Source: Escherichia phage mEp554. From it: DNA of 53,846 nt. Of this stretch, positions 50,746 through 53,846 are shown one piece after another; position 1 is the first letter of the stretch, and every line of letters begins with the position of its first letter. The stretch lies in sequence record PP180005; one strand, written 5' to 3'. The translations under genes were made by a program, and so were the position numbers. The notes below the pieces were generated by a model that was not told the origin of the DNA, made no database searches, and saw only the letters and a program-made list of their open reading frames with translations.

Positions 50746-50992
50746 AGTAGTTGGCTACACAGTTCGACGGGCTACCGATGCGGCGCATATTGTGATCGAG
50801 TTCATGACACCATTGCCCAGTATACGGCAGTTTTTCAGTGTCATAGACAAGATGACCACTACCATCATAAACAATATCATGTGGAATTACTCCGCTATTT
50901 GGCAGGTTGTGCAATGCGGCCTCTTTGTCAACAGCACAGCCAGTAAGAGCAACAGCCGCAGCGAACAAAACCACTTTGAACACGTTTTTCAT
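50744..50992 (-). CDS. Moron lipoprotein (82 aa); superinfection-exclusion (Cor/Llp-like) role suggested only by position
   Basis: Signal peptide with lipobox LTGC. Lies between J and the tail fiber gene on the opposite strand. Confidence 0.7.
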   Translation of the reverse strand: MKNVFKVVLFAAAVALTGCAVDKEAALHNLPNSGVIPHDIVYDGSGHLVYDTEKLPYTGQWCHELDHNMRRIGSPSNCVANY

Positions 50993-51087
50993 TTTTGAAT
51001 CCTCATTCTTGTTGGTTCATCCGGTTTATCCGGTGGCTTAAATATCCGACAAAACCACATTTCGTATATTGATATAAATCAACAAAT

Positions 51088-51136
51088 ACATTTTGTGTAA
51101 GCAGAAAATGCAACAAAGATCACAAAATGGTAGAAT
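51088..51136 (+). promoter_or_regulatory. Tail-fiber promoter region: inverted pair ACATTTTGTGTA (51088-51099) / ATCACAAAATGG (51119-51130) with extended -10 TGgTAGAAT (51128-51136)
   Basis: Read directly, 34 nt upstream of the tail fiber start. Confidence 0.5.
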
Positions 51137-51169
51137 TATTCCGTTAATTAACATAATGGAGTCATTGCA

Positions 51170-53695
51170 ATGATTTATACGACTGGAACAATTGCCATCA
51201 ACGGCAATACTGTTACAGGCACGGGAACAAACTTTTCCGCGCCGCTTTCTCTCATTCGTGTAGGTTGCACGCTCATTGCCATCGGCAACCAGGTGCAGAT
51301 CTTTACAGTTACAGAAATTAAAAACGGTACTGAACTGTCAGTAACGCCAGCGGCTAACCCTGCGATCCCTGCCGGAACAAAATTTAGTATTCTGCTATCT
51401 GACTCGATCTCAGTTGATGGGCTTGCTCAGGATGTAGCCGAAACTCTGCGTTACTACCAGGGCAAGGAAACAGAGATTGCAACAGCCGTTGAATGGTGGA
51501 ACGAGTTCGGCGGTGATGGTCAGATGGAACAACTTCTTGCCGACATTCGCGCAGAAACAGCGCAATCAACCGCCAATGCTCAAAAAACAGAATCAGACAA
51601 AAACGCGGCAGCAGCATCAAAAACGGCAGCAGCAAACTCAGCCACAGCAGCAAAAGCGTCACAGGATGCAGCAAAAGCCAGCGAAACGTCAGCAAGCAAC
51701 AGCAAAACGGCGGCGGCTACCAGCGAAACCAATGCGGCAAAATCAGCAGCCGATGCGCTTAACTATCGCAACCAGGCGCAGGGCATTGTGGGGACTGATA
51801 TAGGTTTGGGTGCAAATCGCCGCGACTGGCCTGACTGTAACGATCCGACAGGATATATAGGTTTTTGCCGTGCCGAAGCGTCAACAGCAAAAAACTTTCC
51901 GTCGATTGCATCAGGAGAGCTTTACCTTGTTGGTTGGTTGGCGCGCGGTGACGGTGCAACTATTAACGGCTGTTTCGTTGGTACTGTTACCCGTTCACTG
52001 TATACCTACAGCTATAACAACGCAGACAAATCAGTTGCGTGGACGCGTCACGCAAGAAAAGACGAAGTAGATCGCTTTTCTCAAATAGGTAGCGACCAGA
52101 CCCGTATTTACGCTGGCAACGGTAAAACATATTTAGAAATTGGCAACGATCGTGCATGGGGTGTTTATAATGGCGAGACTGGTCAATGGAAACCGTTAGA
52201 TCTTGCGCAAGGCGGTACATCTGGACGTAATTCAGGACAGGCGCGTACAAACCTTGAGGTTATGCACGAGAAAAAATCAGCTCTCAATTCCACTAATATT
52301 AATACGCTCACTGGTGAGTATTCTGGTTTTTATTACCAGGCATCAAATGTAGGCGCTACGGCAGAGTTAGGTTATCCAGTAGCAGGCGCGGGAGCATTAC
52401 TTGTTATAAAAAACGGCGCAAATAGTGCATCAGGATGTACGCAGCTCTATTTCCCTTACAATGCTGTAAATGGCGCATTTTATATGCGCCAATATATCCT
52501 TCAATCTTCCTCTGCTGGCTGGGAGTGGACTTCATGGAAAAAATTTCAGTCACTTGATTTTGCTGATAGCCCACAATTTGCCAATCTCAATCTTGTAATT
52601 TCTTCGGATAATGAAACCACTAACGGAGGTATACTGCAAAGCATACTCAACGGTACAACAGGAGCGCAAAGAGCCAGAACGCGCATTTACACCGAGTTTA
52701 GGGGTGATGGTAAGGCGTGGGCAACAACTCATCTACAGAGTGGCAGCAGTAATAAATATGCAGGATTGAGCGAAGACGGAGATTTTGCTTTAAGTACAGG
52801 TGATTTTGTCGCCAGAAGTGCACGATTATCATCAAACGTAAGCAATCCATTAACTTTGACGAGCGCACACCCAACAATTAAATTTGATGAGACTGACAGA
52901 CCTGAAGGGTCGCCGGACTACGCTTTTATCTGTGATGGTGGGAACTGGCGTATTGAAAGAGATCATTGGGATACATCAAAAGCCAAAGATTGCATCTCAT
53001 ATAGTTACAGCACACAAGAAATCAAAGTACCAAATCTGTCGACTCAAAATATTGCCATTCATGGAGGCAAAAGTTCCGGCGCTGGTACACTCCGGATTGA
53101 AAGTCAAAAAAGTTCAGACGAAGGGATGTATATTCGGGCATGGGGTAACGGTACGGATCGCTTGTCTGTTCTGGAGGTATCACTAGACTCAGGATTCCTA
53201 TTCTATGCCCAAAAAGTCGCTGACGGAAGCAAGGTACTAAGGGTTAACGGTTCAGTAACATGCACAACAGTTAACCAGACTTCAGATCGCGACCTAAAAG
53301 ACAACATTCAGGTTATAGGTGACGCTACTGAAGCAATCCGTAAAATGAACGGGTACACTTATACCCTTAAGGAAAACGGCCTGCCTTACGCTGGCGTTAT
53401 CGCTCAGGAGGTCATGGAGGCGCTGCCGGAAGCTGTTGGATCGTTCACCCATTACGGTGAAGAATTGCAGGGACCGACCGTTGACGGACGCGAGCTACGC
53501 GAAGAAACGCGTTATCTCAATGTTGACTACGCCGCAGTGACTGGTTTACTTGTCCAGGTGGCACGCGAAACAGATAACCGCGTAACCGAACTGGAAGAGG
53601 AAAACGCCATCCTACGCGCTAACATTGCTGAAATGGATGAGCGTATCGCAAAACTTGAAGCGCTTGTCAGTAAGTTGACAGAAGGCGAAAAATAA
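51170..53695 (+). CDS. Tail fiber with a C-terminal intramolecular chaperone (peptidase S74) domain
   Basis: 841 aa. Ala/Ser/Thr-rich coiled N-terminal shaft. C-terminal SDRDLKDNI...GYTYTLKENG...AGVIAQEV signature from nt 53282. Confidence 0.8.
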   Translation: MIYTTGTIAINGNTVTGTGTNFSAPLSLIRVGCTLIAIGNQVQIFTVTEIKNGTELSVTPAANPAIPAGTKFSILLSDSISVDGLAQDVAETLRYYQGKETEIATAVEWWNEFGGDGQMEQLLADIRAETAQSTANAQKTESDKNAAAASKTAAANSATAAKASQDAAKASETSASNSKTAAATSETNAAKSAADALNYRNQAQGIVGTDIGLGANRRDWPDCNDPTGYIGFCRAEASTAKNFPSIASGELYLVGWLARGDGATINGCFVGTVTRSLYTYSYNNADKSVAWTRHARKDEVDRFSQIGSDQTRIYAGNGKTYLEIGNDRAWGVYNGETGQWKPLDLAQGGTSGRNSGQARTNLEVMHEKKSALNSTNINTLTGEYSGFYYQASNVGATAELGYPVAGAGALLVIKNGANSASGCTQLYFPYNAVNGAFYMRQYILQSSSAGWEWTSWKKFQSLDFADSPQFANLNLVISSDNETTNGGILQSILNGTTGAQRARTRIYTEFRGDGKAWATTHLQSGSSNKYAGLSEDGDFALSTGDFVARSARLSSNVSNPLTLTSAHPTIKFDETDRPEGSPDYAFICDGGNWRIERDHWDTSKAKDCISYSYSTQEIKVPNLSTQNIAIHGGKSSGAGTLRIESQKSSDEGMYIRAWGNGTDRLSVLEVSLDSGFLFYAQKVADGSKVLRVNGSVTCTTVNQTSDRDLKDNIQVIGDATEAIRKMNGYTYTLKENGLPYAGVIAQEVMEALPEAVGSFTHYGEELQGPTVDGRELREETRYLNVDYAAVTGLLVQVARETDNRVTELEEENAILRANIAEMDERIAKLEALVSKLTEGEK

Positions 53696-53724
53696 GAGGT
53701 GATGTGCGAAGAACATCGCCGCGC

Positions 53725-53752
53725 GAAACGAGGCTAACGCCTCGTTTCTTTT
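53725..53752 (+). terminator. Rho-independent terminator after the tail fiber gene
   Basis: GAAACGAGG-CTAACG-CCTCGTTTC followed by TTTTT. Confidence 0.8.
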
Positions 53753-53774
53753 TGTGTACCAAATAGTGACCAAA
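53753..53774. repeat. Right copy of terminal 22-bp direct repeat TGTGTACCAAATAGTGACCAAA
   Basis: 21/22 identical to 148-169. Confidence 0.5.
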
Positions 53775-53846
53775 TATCCAAAACCAAAAACAAAAGCGCT
53801 GTAACATACTGTTTTATAAATGATTACTAACAGCGCTAACCATTCC

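Larger units (their letters stand above)
148..53774. mobile_element. Temperate lambdoid-mosaic siphovirus genome (prophage or complete phage record), bounded by a 22-bp imperfect direct repeat
   Basis: Integrase, CI/Cro-type switch, replication, nin-type genes, Q, lysis, terminase, head and lambda-like tail genes all lie between the repeat copies at 148-169 and 53753-53774. Confidence 0.85.

Overview
The window is essentially one temperate, lambdoid-mosaic siphovirus genome. It is either an integrated prophage or a complete phage record; a 22-bp imperfect direct repeat sits at 148-169 and 53753-53774.

Layout:
- P4-type integrase (+) next to the left repeat.
- A leftward early operon (8847 down to 1340): wHTH Cro-position gene, replication initiator with four internal iterons, Bro-N/KilAC antirepressor, HTH-metallophosphoesterase, DnaB-type helicase, NinB, AlpA/Xis-like.
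- An S24-type CI repressor (+).
- A long rightward operon with an rrn-type boxA/boxB nut site and an arginine-rich N-like gene, then Erf, SSB, HNH, many small ORFs, Dam, a VUT/YhhQ-like membrane protein, a minimal C5-MTase-like protein, NinG, RusA and a Q-like antiterminator.
- About 25 further small ORFs, then a candidate pR-prime/tR-prime unit and the lysis cassette (pinholin-like holin, SAR endolysin, Rz/Rz1).
- An HExxH protein, terminase, portal, head genes and lambda-like tail genes (V, chaperone, H, M, L, K, I, a giant J) and an S74-chaperone tail fiber.
- Four minus-strand moron cassettes interrupt the tail module.

Most notable observations:
1. A tandem array of ten 22-32-codon single-TM micro-ORFs (26609-27432), coupled to the HExxH gene and invisible to the >=60 aa ORF track.
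2. Four consensus CRP-type palindromes, each about 60 bp upstream of a predicted promoter start.
3. A 12-bp motif (CCATTTTGTATA) confined to about eight inter-operon regulatory regions.
4. Twin nut sites plus the N-like protein.
5. A roughly 2.3-kb repeat expansion inside J.

All homology statements come from motif and sequence recall only. No database search, HMM or structure prediction was run.
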